Positions 1 to 9,041 of a DNA stretch of 64,000 nucleotides are shown in pieces. The first letter of the stretch is position 1. Each line of letters starts with the position of its first letter. Made by a program: the position numbers and the translations under genes. A model generated the notes under the pieces. It was not told the DNA's origin. It searched no databases and saw only the letters and a program-made list of their open reading frames with translations. The stretch is from a virus: IMG/VR virus record IMGVR_UViG_3300032897_000001, positions 1-64,000 of that record; one strand, 5' to 3'.

Positions 1-1
1 A

Positions 2-721
2 GGAAATAATCATTATGCTAAAGTGGCTCGGGGTTTCCGAAACCCCGATCCACTTCCTACGCTTGACGACGCAGGCATAGACAAAAATCTAGCCAAACGT
101 GCCCGCAAACTTGAGCGCACTTCAGACGATGAATTCGAGAAAATCGTATCAAAAGGGCGCGAGGAAATTGATCGTGTTGTCGATAAAGCATTGATAAAGG
201 TACGCGGCACCCAAGGCAGCGGCGATAATGAGTGGTACACACCCACTGAATATGTCGAGCGTGCGCGCACCGTGTTGGGTGCTATTGATCTTGATCCTGC
301 CAGCAGTGTACTTGCTCAAGAAATCATAAGAGCACAGGAGTTCTTTTCCATTGACAACGATGGATTGAATCAAGAATGGTGGGGCCGTGTTTGGCTAAAT
401 CCCCCGTATGCCCAGCCCTGGATTGAACGATTCATTGATAAACTTGTCTCGGAATACAATTCCGAGAATATTGACGCTGCAGTATTACTGACACACAATT
501 ACACCGATACGGCATGGTTTCAAACCGTTGCGGCAAATGCAACTGCCTTGTGCTTTACCCGTGGGCGTATTCGCTTTTACAATGGCGATGAACTGGCATC
601 CCCGACACAAGGTCAGGTATTCTCTTACTTTGGCGCTGATATCGAATCCTTTTCACGTGTGTTCTCTGATGTAGGATTCATTGCCATTCCTAGAACAAAG
701 CCACTGGAGATCGGCTTTTAA
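2..721 (+). CDS. Phage DNA N6-adenine methyltransferase (Dam-like), probably 5'-truncated by the window edge
   Basis: Motifs NEWYTP, IDLDPAS, VWLNPPY and GRIRF. The frame is open upstream of the GTG at 23 to the window start. Confidence 0.85.
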   Translation, partial: GNNHYAKVARGFRNPDPLPTLDDAGIDKNLAKRARKLERTSDDEFEKIVSKGREEIDRVVDKALIKVRGTQGSGDNEWYTPTEYVERARTVLGAIDLDPASSVLAQEIIRAQEFFSIDNDGLNQEWWGRVWLNPPYAQPWIERFIDKLVSEYNSENIDAAVLLTHNYTDTAWFQTVAANATALCFTRGRIRFYNGDELASPTQGQVFSYFGADIESFSRVFSDVGFIAIPRTKPLEIGF

Positions 722-741
722 AGCAGAATAGGAGTGTTATT

Positions 742-969
742 ATGGCGGGTGAAAAACAAAGCAGTGGCACGAAGTGTCTTTCATGCAACCGCCAACTGAC
801 GTGGTTGGATCAAAAGCAGCAATTCGGACGTGCTATTAATAAGTACGGACTTTCCGTGGAAGAAGCCAAAAAGATCACGCCGCGTTGCGGCAAATGCCTG
901 ACAGAGCTTTACGGCACATCCCGTGCTGCCGTACATGCACGTAAATTGAAGTCATGGGGAGCGCGATAA
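742..969 (+). CDS. Small hypothetical protein with two CxxC pairs
   Basis: AGGAG RBS; CLSC and CGKC motifs. Confidence 0.55.
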   Translation: MAGEKQSSGTKCLSCNRQLTWLDQKQQFGRAINKYGLSVEEAKKITPRCGKCLTELYGTSRAAVHARKLKSWGAR

Positions 970-1096
970 GTGACACACAAACCCGCTTGTGTGTCTCTAT
1001 AAGGCGCCCTATGCCACACAAACCCGGCGCCCTACCCGAAGATAGCCCAGCCCGATCAACCGCACTGTAGAGCGTCGGCACAGCCGTTTTGAGGCT

Positions 1097-1154
1097 GTGC
1101 CAATGCTCGGGCAACCCCGAGCAAGTGCCAATGCTCGGGCAACCCCGAGCAAGT
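1097..1154. repeat. Tandem duplication of a 28-bp hairpin unit (tgctcggg-caac-cccgagca)
   Basis: gtgccaatgctcgggcaaccccgagcaa occurs twice in tandem, immediately upstream of the promoter at 1196. Confidence 0.85.
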
Positions 1155-1167
1155 CCCCGCCCCACAT

Positions 1168-1225
1168 CTTTTTCCAAATTTTTTCAAAAAATCTGTTGAC
1201 GCTTCCCCGGGAAAATGCGACACAT
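1168..1225 (+). promoter_or_regulatory. Copy of the repeated early-type sigma70 promoter cassette
   Basis: A/T tract, TTGACG at 1196, and a TTCC-N3-GGAA palindrome in the spacer. Same design as the seven copies at 33.4-40.2 kb, but the -10 is weak. Confidence 0.65.
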
Positions 1226-1258
1226 GGCTCAACGAAACGCCAACACCTGGAGGCTCCC

Positions 1259-1843
1259 ATGTTCCTTTGCACCAATTTCCCCGCCGTCCTTTCGCTCTTC
1301 AATGCCAACGCTCCGCGCGATGTCGTGGAAGTCATGAAGGAGCGCCATCCCAAGGCCACTTTTGATGGCGAGCGCTTCCACGCTCCCTGTGACGGCTATG
1401 TCTGCCCGATCACTGGCAACGTGTTCCGTGCGGGTGAGTTCCTGCCCGAACCCGCTTCGGAAGGCGGACAGAAGACCCACTTCACCGAATTCCTTGTGCA
1501 GGAAACCGGCAAGGTTCAGTCCCTCTCGGGCACACGTGCCCAGATTGAAGCTGTCCGGGAGGAACTTCGTGCACAGACCCGCGCGGTTGAAGCCGCACAG
1601 TCCAAGCATATCGGCACCGTGGGCGCCAAGATGGAGTTGAACCTGAAAATAAATAAAATCCTGGTGTTCGACGGCCGCTATGGTTGCACCTACATGCACT
1701 TGATGTCCCAGGGCACCAATGCCGTGTTCTACAAAGGCGCGAAGTGCCTGGGGAAGGAAGGCGACTCCATCACCATCAAAGCCAAGATCAAGGAGCACAC
1801 CGATTACGAAGGCGTGCCGCAGACGGTGATTGCCTTTCGGTAA
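1259..1843 (+). CDS. Conserved phage hypothetical protein with a C-terminal OB-fold-like region
   Basis: GGAGG RBS before ATG 1259. The C-terminus (HIGTVG...IKAKIKEHTDYEGVPQT) has a beta-rich, OB-like pattern. Confidence 0.6.
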   Translation: MFLCTNFPAVLSLFNANAPRDVVEVMKERHPKATFDGERFHAPCDGYVCPITGNVFRAGEFLPEPASEGGQKTHFTEFLVQETGKVQSLSGTRAQIEAVREELRAQTRAVEAAQSKHIGTVGAKMELNLKINKILVFDGRYGCTYMHLMSQGTNAVFYKGAKCLGKEGDSITIKAKIKEHTDYEGVPQTVIAFR

Positions 1844-1901
1844 GGCAAGGCGCCACACAAGATGGCCCGGAACGGCACATAAGGTGCCGTTCCGCAAGGC
1901 T

Positions 1902-1938
1902 GAAGAAATACCCCGGCCTGCCGGGTTAAAAGCAGGAG
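1902..1938 (+). repeat. Solitary perfect copy of the 37-nt CRISPR-like repeat
   Basis: gaagaaataccccggcctgccgggttaaaagcaggag, preceded by the hairpin ggaacggcac-ataag-gtgccgttcc. Confidence 0.9.
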
Positions 1939-2069
1939 GCACTTGTCGGGCCTGCCCGCCCGAATTGGACTGTGTGGGGTAATCAGGCCGCTGCCAGCTA
2001 TCATCCCACTTGGGAAACTTATGCCTACAACTCAACGTGCGGCGCACATATCCTGAAAGGAAAACAACA

Positions 2070-2369
2070 ATGATCTACTCTGACTGGAAGATCGGGGACA
2101 CAGCGCTTGTGGCTGATTACACCTTGGCAGATGCCACTGTGGCGGTGTCTAGAACACGTCCTGTGAAGGTGGTGGCATGGACAGGCAATGACACAGACGG
2201 GCGCAACCATTGTTGTGTCGTCGAACATACAGACGGGCGCCGCGAAGCTGTGCACTTCGTCCGGCTGTCTCGGATTGAGGAAGGGTTGAGAACGGCTATC
2301 GAAGGCTTGATGTCGCAATATGGCTGGTCGGCAGTTGCGGCGGAAGTCGGCAGATATGCACCAAAGTAA
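2070..2369 (+). CDS. Hypothetical protein, paralogue of 2429..2770
   Basis: Shares WKIGDTALV...DGRN...SQYGWSAVA with the next ORF. Confidence 0.75.
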   Translation: MIYSDWKIGDTALVADYTLADATVAVSRTRPVKVVAWTGNDTDGRNHCCVVEHTDGRREAVHFVRLSRIEEGLRTAIEGLMSQYGWSAVAAEVGRYAPK

Positions 2370-2428
2370 TCTGGAAGGCGCACATTTCGAGGCGCCGCGA
2401 CACTTGGTATCCGAATAGGAGACGAATA

Positions 2429-2770
2429 ATGATTCGCCATGAATGGAAGATCGGGGACACAGCACTTGTGGTCGATTACGTGAGCACAAACGAGCCTTTC
2501 ACCGCGGTTAGAACGCACCCTGTGAAGATAGTGGGGTGGCGGCCAGAAGACGCCACAGACGGGCGTAATCAAGTCTGTGCCGTCGAATTCCCGAACGGTG
2601 TCCGGGGATATGTGCACGTTGCCCGGTTGTCCCGTGTCGAGGAAGAACTGAAAACGACTATCAACGACTTGGTGTCACAATACGGTTGGTCGGCGGTTGC
2701 TTCGGAAGTCAGCAGGCATGCGCCATATGGGGAGGTTGCCTGGGCGCTGGATGCGCGGCGCAAAACGTAG
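2429..2770 (+). CDS. Hypothetical protein, paralogue of 2070..2369
   Basis: AGGAG RBS; high similarity to the previous ORF. Confidence 0.75.
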   Translation: MIRHEWKIGDTALVVDYVSTNEPFTAVRTHPVKIVGWRPEDATDGRNQVCAVEFPNGVRGYVHVARLSRVEEELKTTINDLVSQYGWSAVASEVSRHAPYGEVAWALDARRKT

Positions 2771-2875
2771 GTTTGGTGGTGCGGGGAGCGGGAGGGCTTG
2801 ACAGGGCACATTTACCCATGCTTTAAGCCACACACTCTGCAAAAAGAACTTGCTAGTGGTATATAGTTCTGTGGA

Positions 2876-3060
2876 GAGTAGATATCCCGGCCTGCCGGGT
2901 CAAAAGCAGGAGGATACAGAGGGATATGTATATTTTCCGACGTATCCCGAAGGAATATCCCGGCCTGCCGGGTTAAAAGCAGGAGTTGGACAGAGTCGAT
3001 TTCCCTACTGCGGTAATGCGGTTGAAGAAATACCCCGGCCTGCCGGGTTAAAAGCGGGAG
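2876..3060 (+). CRISPR. CRISPR-like array 1: 3 repeats of 37 nt, 2 spacers of 36 and 38 nt
   Basis: Repeats at 2876-2912 (degenerate 5' end), 2949-2985 and 3024-3060, directly upstream of the TnpB-like gene. Confidence 0.85.
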
Positions 3061-3063
3061 CTA

Positions 3064-4521
3064 GTGGTGTACACAGAATCAGAAGATTCTAACATAGATA
3101 GTGTGCTCAATTCGAGGGAAGCTAACACAGATCAGCCGCGCATTGATCGCCGTTATTCGTGGAAGTTGCACCCCACAGCACAGCAAGATGCGCGCTTACA
3201 CGAACAGGCCCGCATGTGCACCGAATTGTGGAACGCACTACTCGAAATTGATTTTATATTACAGAATGTCCGGGCATGGGTTTTTGATAAGGACGCCTTG
3301 GGGCCATTGGTATTCGATTTAGCGGGGAACCTGCGGGTTGTGTCCTTGGCAGATATTTTGCTGCGCAGGCAATACGGCTTGCGCACACGTGCAGAGCATC
3401 TGGTTACTGCGATCGGTGCCGCTGGTGCAATTCAGTATCAGCCGGGACAAGATATCCGCACACGGTTGCCTAGCGCGTATGATCGCGGGTACTGGATCAC
3501 GCAGTTACGCGACTTGCAGCCCGAATGGCTGGCATTGTCAACATGGACACCTAGACAGGTTAGCGAAAATCTCGCCAAGGCATGGAAACACTGTTTTACG
3601 CCCCGCGCTAAGCGCATTCCCGGAAGAAAGTACGGCGCACCGCGGTTCAAATCGCTGGCGAATGCCTTTGCCATACCCCATCGGTTTGCCAGTGGCTGCC
3701 GGTTGGAACATGCCGGTATGCACGAACGCAGTTGGTGGCTTTATCTAGACGGTGTTTCCGATCAGAAGCTGTGGCGCCGTGGGCGCGGACGCGGCGACGT
3801 GTGGGCACGCGGAAAGCTGCCATCACCAGCGCTTAAGTGGACGGACGCGGATGTGCGTCATGTTGATGGACACTGGGAAATATCCGCTGCTGTTGTCATG
3901 GAACAGCGCCGCACTTTGATCGGGCGCGGTATTCCGATCACGGTTGAGTTCTGTGTCATTGGTGGTCTTGCACTGGTCAATAACGAGCAAGTGGAACTTG
4001 TCGAATTGATAAAGGCACAGGAACTGGACGTTAAACATGCAAATATGCAGCGTGAATTTGATCGGAATTGGCCACGCAACAAGCGCTGGACCGATGATGA
4101 ATGGAATAACCGTTGTGAGGATAAGGCCGAAATCGGCAGGCTTGCGTCACACATCGCCCGAGTGCGCCGCAACGCACTCCATGTGTGGACTAAGCAACTG
4201 GTAGAACGCGCAAGTGTGTTGACTATTATTAAACCGGCTTCTATCAAGGATTTTACACAGACGGCCCGCGGAAATGTGAAAAACTGGGGTGCGGCCGTTG
4301 AGATAGTGTCGGAAATTAACCGCGACACGCTATCACATGCGCCGGCTATGGCTGTGCAGATGCTGGAATACAAGGCGGAAGAACTTGGCATTCCGTGTCA
4401 AGTCATTGAAGATGATACACCAGAAATTTCCATTAGTAAGGCATTTGTTGCCAGTCGTAAGGTATCCCGACGCAGCGCGCGCGAGACAAAGAAAGGCGTG
4501 AGTGAAAATGAGAAAGATTAA
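3064..4521 (+). CDS. TnpB/Cas12-family RNA-guided protein, predicted nuclease-dead and C-terminally truncated
   Basis: N-terminal RRYSWKLHPTAQQ...LWNALLE (IS605 OrfB HTH-like), GAPRFKS and INRDTLS...QMLEYKAEELG. The RuvC-I position reads ITVEFC instead of GIDLG and RuvC-II reads TIIKP instead of xEDL. No CxxC zinc finger and no RuvC-III DxNAA. Exact start codon uncertain. Confidence 0.85.
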   Translation: MVYTESEDSNIDSVLNSREANTDQPRIDRRYSWKLHPTAQQDARLHEQARMCTELWNALLEIDFILQNVRAWVFDKDALGPLVFDLAGNLRVVSLADILLRRQYGLRTRAEHLVTAIGAAGAIQYQPGQDIRTRLPSAYDRGYWITQLRDLQPEWLALSTWTPRQVSENLAKAWKHCFTPRAKRIPGRKYGAPRFKSLANAFAIPHRFASGCRLEHAGMHERSWWLYLDGVSDQKLWRRGRGRGDVWARGKLPSPALKWTDADVRHVDGHWEISAAVVMEQRRTLIGRGIPITVEFCVIGGLALVNNEQVELVELIKAQELDVKHANMQREFDRNWPRNKRWTDDEWNNRCEDKAEIGRLASHIARVRRNALHVWTKQLVERASVLTIIKPASIKDFTQTARGNVKNWGAAVEIVSEINRDTLSHAPAMAVQMLEYKAEELGIPCQVIEDDTPEISISKAFVASRKVSRRSARETKKGVSENEKD

Positions 4522-4744
4522 TCCCGCGATCAAGACTGAAATCGACATTCTTGCTGAATCCGTGGACATGGCCAGAACAGCCTCTAAGAGAGTTCTTGAT
4601 GGCTGTGCGCCGAATGCCTGCAATGTGGCTGTGCGTGCATCACGCTCACTTCAAGGTGCTGCAATGGGGATGATCCGTGCACGGCTTGTAGGTAACAAGA
4701 TTGCCTATCTGGAGTCGAATCTGGACGACACCGGAGAAAAATGA
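4502..4744 (+). CDS. Small helical hypothetical protein overlapping the end of the TnpB-like gene
   Basis: 80-aa ORF lying between the effector gene and array 2. Confidence 0.5.
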   Translation: MKMRKINPAIKTEIDILAESVDMARTASKRVLDGCAPNACNVAVRASRSLQGAAMGMIRARLVGNKIAYLESNLDDTGEK

Positions 4745-4779
4745 TTGACGCTGCGAGCGCTGTAATGCTAACAAAAAGC

Positions 4780-4918
4780 CGGCCAGCGCTAGCATGTTGA
4801 AATAACAGCGGATTTCGGCGAAATCCGCTGGCGCTGCCTAGCAAGGCGAGTGCCATGACATGGAGCACTCGCAAACGGGCGAAATAGCGCAATAAATTGC
4901 GGGTGTTGGCATAAGGCT
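4780..4918 (+). ncRNA. Structured leader, candidate tracr- or omega-like scaffold RNA
   Basis: TTGACG (4745) followed by GCTAAC resembles a promoter. Hairpins at 4806-4830 and 4846-4872 plus cgcaat/attgcg. GGGTGTT (4901-4907) is complementary to AATACCC in the repeat. Confidence 0.5.
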
Positions 4919-5252
4919 GAAGAAATACCCCGGCCTGCCGGGTTAAAAGCAGGAGGGCAAGTGATGCGCCCACGTCTAGCCATGGATCGCGCCGAAGAAA
5001 TACCCCGGCCTGCCGGGTTAAAAGCAGGAGGCCCGACGCGAGGCAAAGCAACGCCGGCAATTGGAGAAGAAATACCCCGGCCTGCCGGGTTAAAAGCAGG
5101 AGTAGGGCGGGCGAACGACATCATAGGCAGTGTAGGACAGCTTGAAGAAATACCCCGGCCTGCCGGGTTAAAAGCAGGAGATCGCGGGCGGACAACTCGT
5201 CATCCGGCTGGTTGTGAAGAAATACCCCGGCCTGCCGGGTTAAAAGCAGGAG
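4919..5252 (+). CRISPR. CRISPR-like array 2: 5 identical 37-nt repeats, 4 spacers of 38, 35, 41 and 35 nt
   Basis: Repeats at 4919, 4994, 5066, 5144 and 5216, separated by unique spacers. Confidence 0.92.
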
Positions 5253-7676
5253 CAACAACGAAGAACTAACGGAGAAATACTATGGACGCACTAGACTTAG
5301 CCGGGTTGTTGATGCTGATTGGCGCCCTGTTTATCGGGTTTTGCTGGGGAAAGACGGGGAACAGCGGCGGTTTTGTCGCCGGCTGCCTGATCTTTTTCGG
5401 CGGTTGGGTTATATTTTGCCTAGGATGGCTGGCAACATATGTGGGCGGGACGGCGCTGATTATTGCGCCCGCACCCGTGTTTGTCATTGCGTTTTTCGCC
5501 ACGCTGAACAAGAAACACAACCCATATCGTGAGGACTAAGGAGGTTGACATGTGTGGGGTACGGGTAAGTGATGTTCGCCCGGGAACGAAGCTGATTGGC
5601 GATGGCTTGTGCTGCACAACTGCGAACGTTCCCATGGAAGTGCGCAAAGAAGGCGGGCGCCTTTATGTGCTTTGTGAAGACGGACGGCATTGGCTGGTGC
5701 CACAGGATGGCCGTTACGTCGGGTTTCGGTTGGCTTGATAACTTGATAAGGAGTGGCCACAACATGAGTTGGAAACTGATCGGACGCTTTACCCACATCA
5801 AGCATGATGGTGATTACTTGATGTCCGTCGTACCAGACGACGATAAATGGGAGTGGCGCTTGCTTCACAGCAAGAATGTCCTTGCAAGCGAGAGCGGATA
5901 CGACACCAAGGAAGACGCACAGGATGCTGTGATGAAACAGCTTACCAAATACAGGGAACTCGAATGATGTCCTTTCGTATGATAGCACTTGTGGCCATTC
6001 TGGCCCTTCCTACCTGCAGCGCACGCGCTGCAGACTGCCAGAATAAGGACTACTCCCCTTATTCCGAAGATCACGCCTGTGTTAATAAGTATTACGAGGT
6101 TATGGAGATTGCCCATAACCTTGGCCGTGTCCTCTATTATGAGGAAAAGTGCGGTCTGCAATATGAACCAACGGCTGTTGCCCGTTACATCCGGGAACAC
6201 ACACCGAATGATCGCTTTGATTTTTCCGGGTGGGTGAACACCGCAGCCAGTTATGAAAGGACCATGGAGAAGACTTTTGATAAAGGTTCTGTGAGTCCGA
6301 ATACTCTGCTTGCTGTATGCACAAGCATACAGATGGCTGCAAAGCATTATGGGTTTGTGAAATGAACAAAGAAGGCGCCACACGTCGTGTGAAAACAACT
6401 TGGGAATTGATGTTCGAAGGCTTGGCGTGCCCGCATTGTGGGCTTATCAGGATGCACAAGCACTATTACCCTGGTCCGATTGACACCGCCCTGCAGCACG
6501 ATGAAAACGGCAACTATTGGACATGGAGTCCCCGGGACAATGAACAAGAACCCATCTGAGCAAGCCGTGTTATCCGTTGCCGAAGGAATACACGGCACGT
6601 GGTACTATCATCTATGGGTTCAGCCAAAGAATTCTTCCGGTGGAAAAGCGTTGTGTGGTGCCCAGGTGATGGTCACAAGCATTCCCATGTCGGCATGGGG
6701 AACACGGACGCATCTCAATGAGCGTTGGTGCAGTCTGTGTAAGAAGCTGACAGAGCCGCGGGTTGATCCGCAGGCTGTGGCAGCATTTGCAAATACTGAT
6801 GTGCCACTACCCACCAATCTGCCTGAACGCCTGGAAGAAGCCGCAACACGTCTAGACACAGACGATGACTTGCCTTTCGGATTCGTGCAGGTTTTTCGAG
6901 AGGCAGCGGCACGTATCAGAGAACTTGAGAAGCAGTGCAACCGGCTGGAATTACTTGTGCCCAGCCCGCAGGGGGAGGATACGGGTTTTGTGTGAGAAAA
7001 CGAGCCGTGCTCTTGAGCAGGCGATTCGTAAATGGGAAGCAATTGTTGCGGGTTCAGGCCGCGATCTAGGACCTGAAAATTGTGCTCTATGCCAGTTATT
7101 CTATTATAAAAACTGTGTTGGCTGTCCTGTTTATCAAAGCACGGGTCTGCGTTATTGTGCAGGTTCGCCATATGAAGAGTGGTCCTATTATGGGTATAGG
7201 TCCGCCACAGATGGCGGCGATATTGTCCCCTATGAACTTGCCAAGAAAGAGTTGGAGTTTTTGAAATCTCTTAGAAATCCTGTAACTGACTTTAGTAAGG
7301 GAGTCCCCCATACATAGGGTAATAAACCATCGGAAGGGATAAGAACGTCATGGATGAGCAAACGAAACAGGCTCTTGAAGGATCAATCGACAAGTGGGAA
7401 GCCATCGTTGCTGGCACCGGTGTTGACCGGGGTCGTCATAACTGTCCGTTGTGTAGGCTATTTTACATCCTTGGATGTAAAGGCTGCCCGGTTTACCTGA
7501 AAACCGGCGCACAGAATTGCAGGAAAACGCCTTACGAAAGATGGAAAATTCACGGTTACCGGCTTTATGGCTGTAGCACGATTGAAGGGACAAAAATTAT
7601 GGAGATGGCGCGGGATGAACTGGAGTTTTTGAAATCGCTGCGGGAACCGTCTGCCAACGTTTCGTAGGAGGTTCTC

Positions 7677-7850
7677 TTGGACGACAAGCCGTGCCCATTT
7701 TGTGGAAACAAAGAACTCATTGTTTTTCACAAGGATATGAATGCAGCACCGGATTTACGCGTCCAAATTTGGTGCATGAAATGCTACGCAATGGGACCGT
7801 CAGCCAAGCACGAAGTAGAAGCCCTGGAAAAATGGAATAAGCGACCATGA
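7677..7850 (+). CDS. Lar-like restriction alleviation protein (not in the ORF track)
   Basis: AGGAGG RBS and TTG start. Translation DDKPCPFCG...WCMKC...GP...EALEKWNKR matches the Lar family pattern. Confidence 0.75.
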   Translation: MDDKPCPFCGNKELIVFHKDMNAAPDLRVQIWCMKCYAMGPSAKHEVEALEKWNKRP

Positions 7851-8233
7851 ATACACTCCTGAGCAGGCTTGAAGCCTTGACGGCACCAAGCCGGGAAATC
7901 GACGCAGAACTTTTCGCGCTGTCTGGCACAGTAAACGAGGATCATTGCCGCGAATGGTGCACCATGGATGGCCGCAAGGACTTGGTGCGGAAACGGTATC
8001 TTTTGGCATGGGCGCCGCGATACACAGAGTCCGTTGACGCGGCGCGGACGATGATTCCCAAGGATTTCTTTATTAAGCTTGATTTGTGTGGCCGATCCGA
8101 TAAGCAAACAGGACTTATGCGATACACATATGAAGTAGAATTCCGCGATAGGGACGTTTGCGGGATAGTGGTAGCAGCTAATCCCGCTATCGCGCTCCTT
8201 ATTGCCATAACCCGGATATAGTGCTGTAAACAA

Positions 8234-8270
8234 GTTTGAATAACCCGGCCTGTCGGGTCAAAAGCAGGAG
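8234..8270 (+). repeat. Solitary degenerate copy of the 37-nt repeat
   Basis: gtttgaataacccggcctgtcgggtcaaaagcaggag, intergenic. Confidence 0.8.
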
Positions 8271-8960
8271 ATAAGCCGCAATTGGGAAAACGCCCTGCGG
8301 GAGTATGGCGTATGGTCGGAACCTCCCGAGGGAGAGAAACCAGTCAAACATCACGGATTATATTAATCTGTGAATAAGCGTGAAACACAAACGGAGTTTG
8401 TAGTTATGATCAGAACAGTTTGCGTTATTGTATTTGGTTTGATGGCTTGTTCCTGTGAAGTGAGCCACGGCCCCTATTGTGAAGATCTTGGAGGAAGATT
8501 TAATGGAAAAACCTGTATTTGTGAAGAAGATGGCGGTCATTGGGTAAATGACATTTGTGAGCATCGCTCTGATCACTAAGATAGTGGGAGAAAGAACATG
8601 ACGGAACCTGAGTTATGGGTTGTGGAAGTCCTTAAGGGGAAAGAATGGGTTCCAGACAGTGTCTGGAGTACCCCACGAGAGGCAGACATACAAAAAGCCT
8701 TGATTGAAGCGAACGGGCACACTGTCCGTGTAACAAGAGGAAGGGATTAATATGGCGAACGAAGTATATGTTGTTGAAGTCCTGTTAGACACAGGAAAAT
8801 GGGTGATAGCGTCGGATAAGCCGCATTATGCCAATAAGGCGGATGCTGATGCACATAAGGAACGTTTACAAGAGGACAAGTATGTTTCCCGTGTAAGACG
8901 GCTGTAATTAACAGTAACGAGACCACTTGCCATGAAACGGGTGGTCTCCAGTACGCCGCT

Positions 8961-9041
8961 GTTGACGTGCCGCAAGGGTAGCGGACCATTCTGTGACCAC
9001 GCACAGAGCGGAAGTCGCGGGTTCGAATCCCGTCGTTGACA
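8961..9041 (+). tRNA. tRNA-His(GUG)-like gene with a 9-nt insertion in the anticodon loop
   Basis: Acceptor GTTGACG/CGTTGAC, D arm CCGC/GCGG, T arm GCGGG-TTCGAAT-CCCGT. The anticodon arm is 26 nt instead of 17. No encoded CCA. Confidence 0.7.

Noticed and set aside
2770-2799. Possible extra pentamer unit (ggttt ggtgg tgcgg ggagc gggag ggctt)
   Set aside because: Only six loosely matching pentamers and no GGCA punctuator, which could arise by chance.
3064-4521. Active IS200/IS605 or IS607 transposon
   Set aside because: No tnpA or serine recombinase, catalytic residues are missing, and the flanks are repeat-spacer arrays rather than IS ends.
2913-5215. Self-targeting of CRISPR spacers within the window
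   Set aside because: No convincing protospacer was found by eye. Only short coincidental matches (e.g. gcccgccc, aattgg) were seen, so a computational search is still needed.
4584-5269. ORFs with repeated EEIPRPAGLKAG or PPAFNPAGRGISS peptides (also 2850..3092)
   Set aside because: They are translations of the CRISPR-like repeats, not real proteins.
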